64,000 nucleotides of DNA from contig CAXXTF010000001.1 of NCBI GenBank assembly GCA_963665775.2, forward strand, positions 224,001-288,000, in the 5' to 3' direction. Numbering within the stretch: position 1 is the stretch's first letter; each line of letters opens with the position of its first letter. This document shows positions 49,634-60,360 of the stretch, piece by piece. This DNA comes from Dehalococcoidia bacterium. GTDB lineage: Bacteria > Chloroflexota > Dehalococcoidia > SM23-28-2 > RBG-16-64-32. Made by a program: the position numbers and the translations under genes. Below the pieces are notes generated by a model. The model saw only the letters and a program-made list of their open reading frames with translations. It made no database searches and had not been told where the DNA came from.

Positions 49634-51009
49634 TTACTGCCGGCCGGCATGATTAATCTGCACATCTTCCGGCTCGGCTGCCCCGGCACGATCGGGTCGG
49701 GTAGCCTCGACGCATGATTCGGCCGCGTCCGCCGGTGGCGCTGGATATCCCTGCCGGCTCCCGATACGAGAGTTGGTGCCATCATCTTCGGGCGCCGCCA
49801 AGGTCACCCGGTTGCGGCCGTTCAACTTGCTGCGATAGAGAGCCACGTCAGCCTCGTACAGCAGCTGATCGGGTCGCCGACAGGGCTCCGGAAAGGCAGC
49901 CACGCCCAGGCTTATGGTGACCCGCAGCGGCTCTGGCGAATCGCGGAGAGGGCGCTGATCATGGCCTCCACGGCCGCCCGCAGCCGCCCGGCCATGATCA
50001 GCGCCCTCTCCGCATCAGTGTCATGCAGCAGGATAAAGAACTCCTCGCCCCCGAAGCGTCCGGCCACATCGTCACCGCGCAGGGTCCGGCGCAGCACGCC
50101 GCCCACCACCCGCAACACCTCGTCACCGGCCAGATGGCCCAGAGAGTTGTTGACGTTTCGCAGGAGATCCAGATCGGCCATTATTACCGCCGTCGGTCGC
50201 GGCTCCCTCTGCAAGAGGGCGACCTCTTCCCGGAAAGCGTCCAGAGACCTTCGCGCTGTGAGCAGCCCGGTCTTGGCATCGTGGTACGCCTCTTCCTGAA
50301 GCCCGGGCACAAACAGGGCTCGGTAGAAGAGGAAAAGAGGCGCGATGGCCAGGGCGACGAAAGGCGGGGTCACCGTCCACATGACGGCCATGCCGACCCC
50401 CACACAGGCCAGGGAAATATCCGTCCCTACGCTCTGCCAGGCCAGGATACCCGATTCCCTGATCCCTATTCCCCGCGCCAGGCGCAGGACCGTCGCCACC
50501 ATGGCGTGATTCAGGACAGTAAGGGTGGATGCGGTCACTAACGCGGCCCATACCACCTGCCAGGACCCGATCTCGACGCTGTCACCCGCTACGATACGGA
50601 AATTGGCCCAGGCGACCAGGACGTTCAGCAGGTACGTGGCCATGTTGAACGTCTGGATGTACCAGGGGTAGCGATACTTTAGCCACTCCGGCAGCATGGC
50701 CAGCACCACAAGCAAGACCAGCAGCGGCGGCTCCAGGAGCAGAATCGCGGCCAGGAGGAAGGCCGGTGTGGCGTGATACGATTGTCGGTTGGGAGCATCG
50801 ACCATGAAGAGCTGGGCCGCCGCCGTCAGGGGTACCAGCAGCGCGAAGGCCAGCAGCGCCTCCGTATCCGGCAGGCCAGGGCGGTCCCCTATAGAGGGGC
50901 GGACCACTACAAAAAGGATGACAGCGCCCACGGCCAGGGCGTAGATGACCGCCAGGTATATCCGGGCCAACGTCGACAGAGCAAGCGGTGGATTCTCCTC
51001 CGCCGGCAT
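49634..51009 (-). pseudogene. membrane-sensor diguanylate cyclase (GGEEF), frameshifted near the C-terminus
   Basis: About 6-7 TM helices, DAKTGL, GHLAGD and RFGGEEF; VTISLGVA...ADVALY.SK..GRN continues in another frame after about 49950. Confidence 0.85.
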
Positions 51010-51074
51010 CGCGGCCGATGGTTCAGCGGGCGTTTCTGCGGGCAGAGCCTGCTTCCTTACCCCACGGCTTCACC

Positions 51075-52411
51075 TCAGTCGCCCACGAGGACGCTCCGCC
51101 ACAAAACGCTGTCGTAGAGGATTTCGCCTGTCTCCGGGTCGATAAGGTCATTGGGGGTAGCGCCATGGTTGGCCTGACCATGGGTTTTGGCATGGATAGC
51201 GGCAAAAGCATCGACCCGCGGCGCCTGGGAACCGTCCAGTGGCTGGCCCGTCCGCATGAGACGGAACTTGACTTGGTCCGGCGTGAGATCCGGGTCATCC
51301 TCCAGCATGAGAGCGACGACTCCAGAGACGACGGCCGCCGAAGGAGATGTACCGCTCAGGCGCAGGTAGCGGCCATCCACCACGGCCTCCGGCATCGCCC
51401 GCGCTAGGTAGGAGCCACGGCTGGCCAGAGCGGAGAGGATCCCCTGACCCGGGGCAATCACCTCCGGCTTGGCGTAACCGTCCACGGTCCGGCCGCGGCT
51501 GGACCAATCGACCACCGTATCGTCGGCGGTATCGGCAGTGCCGGCGTCATCAAAGGCGCCCACGGTGATGACGTAGGGATCGTTAGCCGGGGCGTGATCC
51601 ACGGCGAACTCCTCATCGCCGTCGTTGCCGGCTGCCACAACGACCACAATGTCGTGGAACCAGGCCTGCTCCACCGCCGCGTCCAGCGGGTCCTGGAGGT
51701 AGCTGTCGGCGACGGAGGAGACGAGGAGTTCGCCACCCGGATGTCGTACTCATCCCGGTGGTCCACCGCCCACTGCAAGGCGGCTACCACGTCGCTGGCC
51801 AGGGCGCGACCCTCGCGGTCGGCCACCTTAAGGCTTAATATCTGGGCCCCGGGGGCTATCCCCGTGTAGGCATCCGCCTCACCGGCGATCCCACCGGCCA
51901 GGCTGCCGCTAAGGTCATTCCCATCCGCGACACCGCTGTCGATAACGGCGACCGTTATGCCCTCGCCGCTGATCCCCTCGTCCCAAGCGGCGACGGCGTT
52001 GACAGCGAACGGGTACGCCACTCCCAGATCAGATGTGCCGTCCTGGTCGTCGTCATTGCCAGACGCCATCATTTCGGCGTCCAGCGACACCACCAGTACG
52101 GCCGGATCGCGGGCCAGCCGGTCGATCTCCGTTGGCGGCAGCGTCGCCGCGAAGCCATCGATCAGCGGCAGCTGCGCCGAGGTCTCGACCGAGCCCGCCA
52201 GTTGGCCGCCCGCCCGGGCGGTCCCCTCCCGCACCCGCACTATCACGGGTACGTCTTCCCCTGGGTGCTGCGCCGTGTAGACGGCCACCCCGAGACGCAC
52301 CCTCTCCTGCGACCCCATATCCGCTTCGCCGAGCCCCATCCAGACCAGGGCAGCCAAGACGGCAAAGGCGGTCAATCCCCGAATCAAGTTGCGCCCAGAC
52401 ATCCTCTTCAT
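51075..52411 (-). pseudogene. secreted S8 subtilase, disrupted
   Basis: Signal peptide, VAVIDSG, VVAAGN and SGTS present; HGTH motif deleted; frameshift near 51725. Confidence 0.85.
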
Positions 52412-52454
52412 GCTCCTGCCCTCACTATCAAGCCATACCCGACCGAATCTTTAC

Positions 52455-54158
52455 CCCGAATCCACCGAAGGACGGCCTTGGGGACAGTCCTTGAAGAAGC
52501 CATCGGGTGCTCCTCTGAATCTGGGATAATGGTTTTGGAACAGAAACCAGCCCGGAAACAAGGAGCACCCAATAGATGCTGCCACAGAACAAACCCGACC
52601 GTATCCGCATCCTCTTTGACGACCATCGCCTGGTGGCCAATGCCGGCCTGCTCCTGCCAGCCACCCTAGCCCGGCACCTGGGCCTGCGGGAACTCGTCGA
52701 CCATCACCTTGACCTCGGCGGAGCGCCGGGACGGGCGAACACTGGGGACAAGATGCTGACGCTGGTCGCTTCCGCGCTGGCAGGCGGCGACTGCATCGAC
52801 GACGCCGATGCGCTGCGCGCTGGTGGGACGGTCGGTGTTCTAGGCTGCGTGGTCAAGGCGCCATCCACCCTGGGGACCTTCCTGCGCAGCTTCCGGTGGG
52901 GGCATGTCCGTCAACTCGACCGCGTGAGCCGCCAGTTGTTGGCCCGGGCCTGGGCCGCTGGGGCCGGACCCGGCGACTCGCCCCTGACCATCGACCTGGA
53001 CTCGACCATCTGCGAAACCTATGGACTGGCCAAGGAGGGAGCGCGCCACCACGGCTATACCGGCGCCCGCGGCTATCACCCGCTGCTGGCCATTGCCGCC
53101 GGCACCGGCGAGGTGCTGATGTCCCGGCTGCGCGAGGGCCGGGCCAACACCGCCCGTGGCGCCGCCCACTTCCTGCGTGAGACGGTGGGGCGGGTGCGCT
53201 ACGGCGGGGCCAGGGGACAACTCACGGTGCGGGCCGACAGCGGCTTCTACGCCCACACTGTCGTTGCCGCCTGCCGGGAAATGGATGTCCGCTTCTCTAT
53301 CACCATCCGCCAGCGCGCCAGCCTGCGGGACCTGATCGAGGCGATACCAGAGGAGGACTGGACTCCCATTCCCTACTGGATGGACGGCGCCGCCGATGTC
53401 GCCGAGACGACTTACACCCCGTTCCAGACCAAGCCGGACGCCGCGCCGGTGCGGCTCATTGTCCGGCGGGTGAAGCCGATGCCCGGTTCCCAGCTCGCCC
53501 TCTTCGCCAGATACAGCTATCACGCCTTCATCACCGACCGCGATGGGGAGACGCTGGAACTGGAGGCCGATCATCGCCGCCACGCCGAGGTCGAGAACGC
53601 CATACGCGACCTCAAGTACGGCGTCGGGCTGAACCACATGCCGTCGGGGCGCTTCGCCGCCAACGGCGCCTGGCTGGCGGTCCAGGTGATGGCGCATAAC
53701 CTGGCCCGCTGGACAGCCCGCATCGGCCTGGGTCAGCAGATCGTGACCACCAAGACCCTCAGGCGGCGGGTCTTCGCTCTCGTGGGACGGATCACCCGCT
53801 CGGCGCGCCGCCTCACTTTGCATCTCCCCCGGCGCTGGCCTTGAGAAACCCAGTTCAGTCGCGCCTTGGCCCGGCTGCAAGCCATTCCATTCCCGGCCTG
53901 ACGGCCAGCCTGCAACTGACCCAACGTCCCCGCAATCTCGCGCCACCCCGGTCGCGAGAGTCCCCTGCTGCGTATCCTCTCGCCATCCCGCGCATCGCAA
54001 CTCCCGCATAGGGCCTTAGGGGCCCTGTGCGGCGACTGAAGACCGTCCGCCGGCCTCCCATCTACCCCAAGACCCCAGGCCATCTCCCCTGTAGCTCCCT
54101 CACCCACCCCCTTCCGCTGTCCTCACGCCGTCCATCCGTGTCCTTCGGTGGATTCGGG
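52455..54158 (+). mobile_element. IS1380-family insertion sequence
   Basis: 19-bp perfect TIRs CCCGAATCCACCGAAGGAC (52455-52473 and 54140-54158) and 5-bp TSD TTTAC. Confidence 0.93.
52576..53901 (+). pseudogene. IS1380 transposase with a late nonsense codon
   Basis: IDLDST, GYHPL, RADSGF and ENAIRDLK; TGA at 53842-53844 interrupts RWP*ETQFSRALARLQAIPFPA*. Confidence 0.8.
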
Positions 54159-54195
54159 TTTACACCAAGCATGGATGCGCGGCGCAACTTATCTC

Positions 54196-55311
54196 TTACG
54201 GCCAACGCGTTGAGGAGCAGTTAAGTGCTGGTTGACAGATAGTTTGCGCCACCCGCGGGTCGAACTGCTGGCCGCCGCAGCGCTCCAGCTCTTGAGTCGC
54301 CATCTGCAGGGAGAGGACGTTGCGGTAGGAGCGGTGGGTGGTCATGGCATCGAAGGCGTCGCTCACCAGGATGATACGGGACCCGATGGGGATATCCTCA
54401 CCCGACAAGCCGTCCGGATAGCCGCCGCCATCGTAATGCTCGTGGTGATGGCCTACTATAGGTGCCGCCGCTGCCAGGGCTGGTATCCGGTTGAGGATGT
54501 CCCTGCCCACCAGCGGGTGATTCCGCACTACCGTCTTCTCTTCCTCGGTGAGGGGACCCCCCTTGAGCAGTATTCGATCGGGCATGGCCAGCTTCCCGAT
54601 GTCGTGCAGGAGAGCGGCCTCCTCGATCAGGTTCTGACGGGCTGGGGAGAGGCCTATCTCCTTCGCCACCCGCTTAGCGTACCAGGCAGCGCGGCTCGTC
54701 TGGCCGGCCAGAGCCCCCGTCTTCCGCTCCAGCGCGGCCACCAGGGCCGTTATGGGATCGCTCACCCTGCGCTTGCGCCTCCAGGCGCTGTCTTCGGCGC
54801 AGACCAGATCACCCCAGTAGCCTACTTTGTTACCGCCCACGGCCTTGGCCCAGTACATCGCCGCCTCCGCACCGTACACCAACTCCGCCTCCGAATGGGC
54901 AGACTCGGGATAGCTGGCCACCCCCAGACTGACCATCGCCTCGCCGATGGGCGTTCGCACGGCGCTCGCCACCTTCGCCCGCAGTTTCTCGGCCAGCAAG
55001 ACGGCGGCCCGCGCCGACACCTCCGGGAGGAGGGACGCCAACATGTCTCCGCCCACTCGATAGGCGGGCCCAGCCCGCGAAGCGATGACGACCCGGAACT
55101 CTTGCAGAACCCTATCGCCTATCTCCCAGCCGATGGAGTCGTTCACGAGCCGGAAGCTGTCCAGCCCGGCAACGATGACGCTTAGCGCGGTGCCTTCCTG
55201 CTCCGCCTGCCTGAAGAAGGCCGCTACCTGCTCACCGAACGCCTGATGGTCATCACCGGCAGAACCCAGGTCCAACGCCGTAGCCGGCAGGTTCACCTCT
55301 AGTGGACTCAT
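54196..55311 (-). CDS. degenerate GGDEF + HD-GYP phosphodiesterase
   Basis: YRVGGDML degenerate site; LLHDIGK, HHEHYDGGGYPDGL, DAFDAMT and QFDP. Confidence 0.88.
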   Translation of the reverse strand: MSPLEVNLPATALDLGSAGDDHQAFGEQVAAFFRQAEQEGTALSVIVAGLDSFRLVNDSIGWEIGDRVLQEFRVVIASRAGPAYRVGGDMLASLLPEVSARAAVLLAEKLRAKVASAVRTPIGEAMVSLGVASYPESAHSEAELVYGAEAAMYWAKAVGGNKVGYWGDLVCAEDSAWRRKRRVSDPITALVAALERKTGALAGQTSRAAWYAKRVAKEIGLSPARQNLIEEAALLHDIGKLAMPDRILLKGGPLTEEEKTVVRNHPLVGRDILNRIPALAAAAPIVGHHHEHYDGGGYPDGLSGEDIPIGSRIILVSDAFDAMTTHRSYRNVLSLQMATQELERCGGQQFDPRVAQTICQPALNCSSTRWP

Positions 55312-55673
55312 GATCCCTCTATCGCCACTTTTCTTCTACACAACGCCACAATGAGAAGGATGCCGGAGTGGCGAAGACGTTACACTGAAAAGACCCCCAG
55401 CGCCCGACAGCCCGTAAGAGGCCAGGACGGCCTCTGGGCAAGACCGTCGGTCTACTGATTTAACGGAATAAGCTGGTGATGGCTGCTGCGAGCAAAGCAG
55501 AAGCTCTTCGCGAGACTGGGCAGGCATGGAGACTTCCTTCTGGCTGCGATGACTCCATGGATTATCGAGGGACCGGAAGAGACGCGCGGCGGCAGCTCTA
55601 AGCCGCAGCCTGGGATGGTGACCACATCCCTGTTCGCCGCTCCCTGGTATACTCTAGTCTGCCTTTCGAAGCC

Positions 55674-56189
55674 ATGGATTTGAAACGCTTTATCCGAGAC
55701 GTGCCGGACTTCCCGGAGCCCGGTGTCCTATTCCGTGATATCACGCCCCTTCTCCAGAACCCAGAGGCGTTCCAGCACGCCATCGGGAAGCTGACGGATC
55801 GGTTCCAGGGCAGAGGCTTGGAGGCCGTCGTGGGCATCGAATCGCGCGGCTTCCTGTTCGCGGCGCCGCTGGCGATTAACCTGGGAGTGCCCCTGGTGCC
55901 TGTGCGCAAGACCGGCAAGCTACCGGCGGCCCACCTGACCGTGGAGTACTCCCTGGAATACGGCACCGGCCAGTTGGAAATCCACAGCGATGCCCTGGAG
56001 AGCGGTGCGGTGGTGATCATCGTTGACGATCTAATTGCGACGGGCGGGTCTGCTTTGGCCGCCGCCAAGCTGGTGGAGTCTCTGGGGGCGGTGGTGCACG
56101 CCTTCGCCTTCCTGGTGGAGCTCGTCGGCCTGGGCGGACGGGAACGGCTACAGGGCTACGAAGTAGTGTCGCTGACGCGCTACCAGTAG
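55674..56189 (+). CDS. apt: adenine phosphoribosyltransferase
   Basis: IRDVPDFP.PGV.FRDITPLL, ESRGF, RKTGKLP and VDDLIATGG. Confidence 0.96.
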   Translation: MDLKRFIRDVPDFPEPGVLFRDITPLLQNPEAFQHAIGKLTDRFQGRGLEAVVGIESRGFLFAAPLAINLGVPLVPVRKTGKLPAAHLTVEYSLEYGTGQLEIHSDALESGAVVIIVDDLIATGGSALAAAKLVESLGAVVHAFAFLVELVGLGGRERLQGYEVVSLTRYQ

Positions 56190-56259
56190 GCCTCGGATGT
56201 CCACAGTGTAATCGGACCCGACCTCGGCGCGGATGGAATCGATGACCTCATCCGAGCCT

Positions 56260-58668
56260 TCAGTCCTCCTTGCAGACGATCACGTTTCTGGCCTTCAGAG
56301 CGTCTATCTGGTCTGGACCGTACCCCAACTCCTCCAGGATCGCCCTGGTGCTGGCCCCCAGCGGCTCCAGTACACCGACCTCGCCCGGCGTCTTTAGCAG
56401 ATCGACATGCATGCCCGTCTGCTGCATACAGTCTACTAAACCCGGATAACTATAGGTGGTGATGTCCTGCTCGTAGCGCCCGTCCCATTCGTCGAGGAGG
56501 AAGTCAGGCCAGGCGCCATTGGCCACGGCGCAGGCCACGTCCCTGGCCTGGAGCAGCTCCTCCCATTCCTGGGCACCCCGCTCCTTGAACAACGGCTCCA
56601 GAAGGGCCAGCAGAGCCTCCTTATGGGCCTTGCGTCCCCCCTTGCTGGAGAAGCGAGGATCGTCGTGCCACTCGGGGTGGCCGACCGCCTCACAGAAGGC
56701 CGACCACTCCTCATCGGTCAGGACGGCCAGGAACACCCAGCCCTCTTTGGCCCGATAGAGGCGATACAGGGGACCCAGGCCGTACTGCCCCTTGTCGGGG
56801 ATAGGCCGCGGCGGCTTGCCCTCGTAGCGCAGGAAGTCGTCTGAGAAGAGGTAGGCCGCACTGCACAGCATGGTGGTCTCCAGGTTCTGGCTGTCGCCAC
56901 TCAGCTCCCGCGCTCGTAGGCCTAGCAGAAGCGCCACCGTCACCCCCAGGAGGCCACCGTGGTCACTGGTCCGCTTATCCTGAGGGGGGTTCCCTTCGCC
57001 CGCCTGAAGGACCTCCCCGCCGGCCATGGCCGAGATTACCCCATCGAAGGCGGGCCGACGGGCATCGGGGCCGCTGGAGCCGAAGGAGGCGGAATTCAGG
57101 TACACCAGCCGCGGGTTGATCTTCCGAAGGGTTTCGTAATCTATGGCTAGCCGCTCCGGCACCCCGGGCCGGAAGTTATGGATAAAGATGTCGGCACCAG
57201 CCACGAGCTGGCGCAGGATCTCCATGCCCTCGGACGTCTTCAGGTCGATGGAGATCCGCTCCTTCCCCCGATTCACCCGCAAGAAGAGCTCACCAATGTG
57301 AGCAGCAAAGGGGTCGCCCTCCAGGGTCTCTACCTTGATGACCCGGGCCCCCAGGTCTCTTAGGATGGCGGGGCCACCGGGCGCCGCCGCCCACGTGGCT
57401 AGGTCGAGGATGGTGACTCCGTTCAAGGCCCCCTGGGGCAAGGCCGGCGCTGGGGAGACCCGGGCAGGCTTAGCGACGGGAGCGGGCGCACCCTTCACTC
57501 TGGCCAGTACCTCCCCGGTGTGCTGCCCCAGCAGGGGCGCCGGGCCCGGAAATTGCCATTCTCGCCCCACAAACTTCACCAGGGGACCTACCTGCTTCAT
57601 CCTCCCCACCATCGGGTCGTCCACCTCGATAACGTGGCCGTTGTGCAGTATTTGCGGGTAGTCCATAAGCTCCTGGGTGGTCATGATGACCCCGCAGGCC
57701 GCGTCCTGCTCATTCAATATCCTCATCCACTCGTCCCGAGACTTGGTCCTGTAGGCGGCATCTATCAAGGAATTGAGATAGGCTGCGTCTTCGGGAGAAA
57801 GCCGGGTACCGCGCCCCTGAAAGCGGGGGTCGGTGAAATACTCCTGGATGCCCAGGGCCCGCATCATATTCTCAACGATGCGCCCTGCGCTGTGGGAATG
57901 GATCCACTTGCCGTCGGCGCATTCGCCAATCCGAGTCGCGCCGCTGTTGCGGGGGTCCCTTCCCGCAATAGAGGTCAGGGACTTGTAGAGTTCTGGTGTT
58001 TCGCACCGAAATCCGCCGTATGAGAAGACGTATAGTGCCTGTACCATCGTGGACTCGACCTTCTGGCCCACCCCGGTCTTCTCTTTCAGGTGAAGGGCAG
58101 CCAGGATGCCGACGAGCCCCTGGATCGCCGACCCGAAGCTGCACTTGAACACGGCATCGTAGTGGAGCTCATCGCCCCGATAACCGTTCTGGATGACGTG
58201 CTGGCCACACTTGGCCGAAACGATCCCCTCGTACCCCTTATAGTGGCGGTACTTGCCCTTCTGACCAAAGGCCGAAATCGAAAGGTAGATGAGGCCCAGG
58301 TTCACCTGAGCTAGCCCCTCGTAGCCGAGGCCCAACCGCTCGGCTACCCCTGGCCGGAAGTTCTCTATGACTACGTCGCTCTCTCTGGCCAGGGCCTGGG
58401 CCGCCTGGCGGCCCTCCTCCGTCTTCAGGTCCAGGATGACGCTCTTCTTCCCCCGGTTCCACTGGAGGAAAGCAGGCAGATGTCGAAACGCCTCCCCCGC
58501 AGGGGGCTCCACCTTAATGACTTCGGCCCCGTAGTCGGCCAGGATCATGCCGGGGATGGCCCCGTATCCCTGGCCGAGGTCCAGGACTCTCAGGCCGTCA
58601 CAAGCTATAACCGTCACGGCATCCTCCAGCATCGCCCCCAACGTAGGAGCGCAGATGTCAGAATACAA
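56260..58668 (-). CDS. tandem-fused class III CoA-transferase
   Basis: Two CaiB repeats (GAEVIKVE/NRGKKS/NFRPGV and GARVIKVE/NRGKER/NFRPGV); start is uncertain. Confidence 0.88.
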   Translation of the reverse strand: MYSDICAPTLGAMLEDAVTVIACDGLRVLDLGQGYGAIPGMILADYGAEVIKVEPPAGEAFRHLPAFLQWNRGKKSVILDLKTEEGRQAAQALARESDVVIENFRPGVAERLGLGYEGLAQVNLGLIYLSISAFGQKGKYRHYKGYEGIVSAKCGQHVIQNGYRGDELHYDAVFKCSFGSAIQGLVGILAALHLKEKTGVGQKVESTMVQALYVFSYGGFRCETPELYKSLTSIAGRDPRNSGATRIGECADGKWIHSHSAGRIVENMMRALGIQEYFTDPRFQGRGTRLSPEDAAYLNSLIDAAYRTKSRDEWMRILNEQDAACGVIMTTQELMDYPQILHNGHVIEVDDPMVGRMKQVGPLVKFVGREWQFPGPAPLLGQHTGEVLARVKGAPAPVAKPARVSPAPALPQGALNGVTILDLATWAAAPGGPAILRDLGARVIKVETLEGDPFAAHIGELFLRVNRGKERISIDLKTSEGMEILRQLVAGADIFIHNFRPGVPERLAIDYETLRKINPRLVYLNSASFGSSGPDARRPAFDGVISAMAGGEVLQAGEGNPPQDKRTSDHGGLLGVTVALLLGLRARELSGDSQNLETTMLCSAAYLFSDDFLRYEGKPPRPIPDKGQYGLGPLYRLYRAKEGWVFLAVLTDEEWSAFCEAVGHPEWHDDPRFSSKGGRKAHKEALLALLEPLFKERGAQEWEELLQARDVACAVANGAWPDFLLDEWDGRYEQDITTYSYPGLVDCMQQTGMHVDLLKTPGEVGVLEPLGASTRAILEELGYGPDQIDALKARNVIVCKED

Positions 58669-58909
58669 GAGCCGGAAGTCATCTTCAACGTTTGTGATGT
58701 TTAAGGAGGGCCTTGCTGAAGCGGCTTTCTGGATGTAACAGAAAGCGTCCCCATTCGGTCTCGGCAGGTGAGAGGGGTAGGAATGCCCGCTACAAGATTC
58801 TTCAGAATTTTGGCGTTTGGTGCTTGCCGGCGCTATCTCAGATCCAGACCGACACCGGTACGCTCTAGGGTGGCGACCTGAGGCAAGCGACTAGGGTACA
58901 ATCGACGGC

Positions 58910-59856
58910 ATGGAGAATGACCCGCCTCCTGCCGAGGCAGTGCCCAAGAACGGCGTCACCTACTTCATCCGCCATCTCACTGAGGTCGCACAGATTCTGC
59001 CCCGGCTGGAGAAAGACCGCCTTTTCTGCGTCTACGCCATCTGCCAACTTGAGCCTGAGCGGTTTCCCCACACTAGGTGGTACGTCGCGGAGGGCGAAGC
59101 TGGTGAGGCGCTGGTCATGCACGGCACGGGCAGCTTGAGGAGCAGTCTATACGGCTATGGCGCGGACCTCTTCTGCATGGGAGACCCAGGCGCGTTAGAC
59201 GTCGTGTTGTCGCTCCATCCGGGCCCGCGCTATGTGTCCCGATTGTGGGCTCAGGTCGAGCATGGCCCAATTCTGAGGCGTCGCTTCCGCCTAGTTGATG
59301 ACTACCCGATGGCCCTTAATCGATCCGGCAGTGAGGAGGAAGGGCCGGTCGAGCCACCGGTCCAACGACTTACGGGAGATGACATTGGGGAGGTCAACCG
59401 TCTGTACCGGGCCTGTGGCGGCTCGCTAGGGCGTTATCGCAGGGAGCTAATAGAACGCGGACTCTGGTACGGGATTTATGAGGATGGGCACATAGTTGCC
59501 CTCAATTCTGCAGATGCCAACTCGCCCACGCATGGAATGTTGCTGCACGGCCGAACCCTAGTGCACCCCAAGTACAGGGGCGGCACTATTTGGACCTCCT
59601 GCGCACTGCTCGACTACGAGACACGTCAAAGACATACCCCCTGCACGTGGGCACACAGGATACCAGGAACGAAGGTGTGCAGCGGGTGCTTGCGCGCAGA
59701 GGCAAAATCTCAACAGGGGTTGGGCAAGTCCTGGAGACGCGGGCCTACCGTCGCGACCCAGTGGGCCTGGCCAGCCTCATCCGGCGGGTGCTGGCACGGC
59801 GGCGGGCGATGAGAGCTCAGGGCAGTGGATCTTCACCCGACGAACAGGAGAGTTAG
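58910..59856 (+). pseudogene. GNAT-family acetyltransferase, frameshifted
   Basis: VHPKYRG motif is followed by a missing G in the run at 59577-59580; continues as RHYLDLLR... to TAG 59856. Confidence 0.65.
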
Positions 59857-59924
59857 AGCCGATAACTTCGGTTGACGAAGTTGGAAGTCCGCAGAACCGC
59901 CGCCCTATTTGTCAGCCTTGAGGG

Positions 59925-60322
59925 GTGACGATGGCCAAGTCCTCGATTGAGAAGGCCATCGAGCAGTACGGACGGGATATAGACGAGCTTCCGACGTTCC
60001 TGGCTCGGAAGGACACCGATAAAGTCGGTTTCGTGACCCTGAAACACCACAACGAGGGAGCGGCTGAAGTGCTTGTGATGACCGTATCACCTGATCTGCA
60101 CCGTCAGGGGGTCGGTCAGCACACTCTGCGTCGGGCGGAGCAGTGGCTGAATGAGTCTGGCACCCGATACCTCCAAGTCAAGATCCTTGGCCCTTCCCAT
60201 CCGGACGAGAACTACGCGAAGACGCGGGAGTTCTATTCGGCGATGGGTTCTGGCCACTGGAAGAGCTGAAGGCACTATGGGGCGAGTCCAATCCGGCTAT
60301 AGTGATGGTCAAGGCCTTGTAG
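59925..60322 (+). pseudogene. GNAT acetyltransferase, N-terminally truncated and frameshifted
   Basis: HRQGVG and YLQVK.LGPS..DENYAKTR.FY; frameshift near 60246 before FWPLEEL..LW..SNP. Confidence 0.7.
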
Positions 60323-60360
60323 TGAGTTCACTTTTGATATCTCTGACCGCTACGGTATAG

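Noticed and set aside
52840-54009. 389-aa minus-strand ORF
   Set aside because: Antisense shadow of the IS1380 transposase in GC-rich DNA, with no recognisable motifs.
55320-55560. c-di-GMP riboswitch upstream of the HD-GYP gene
   Set aside because: Hairpins exist (AGAGGCC/GGCCTCT), but I could not find the GEMM-I or c-di-GMP-II consensus.
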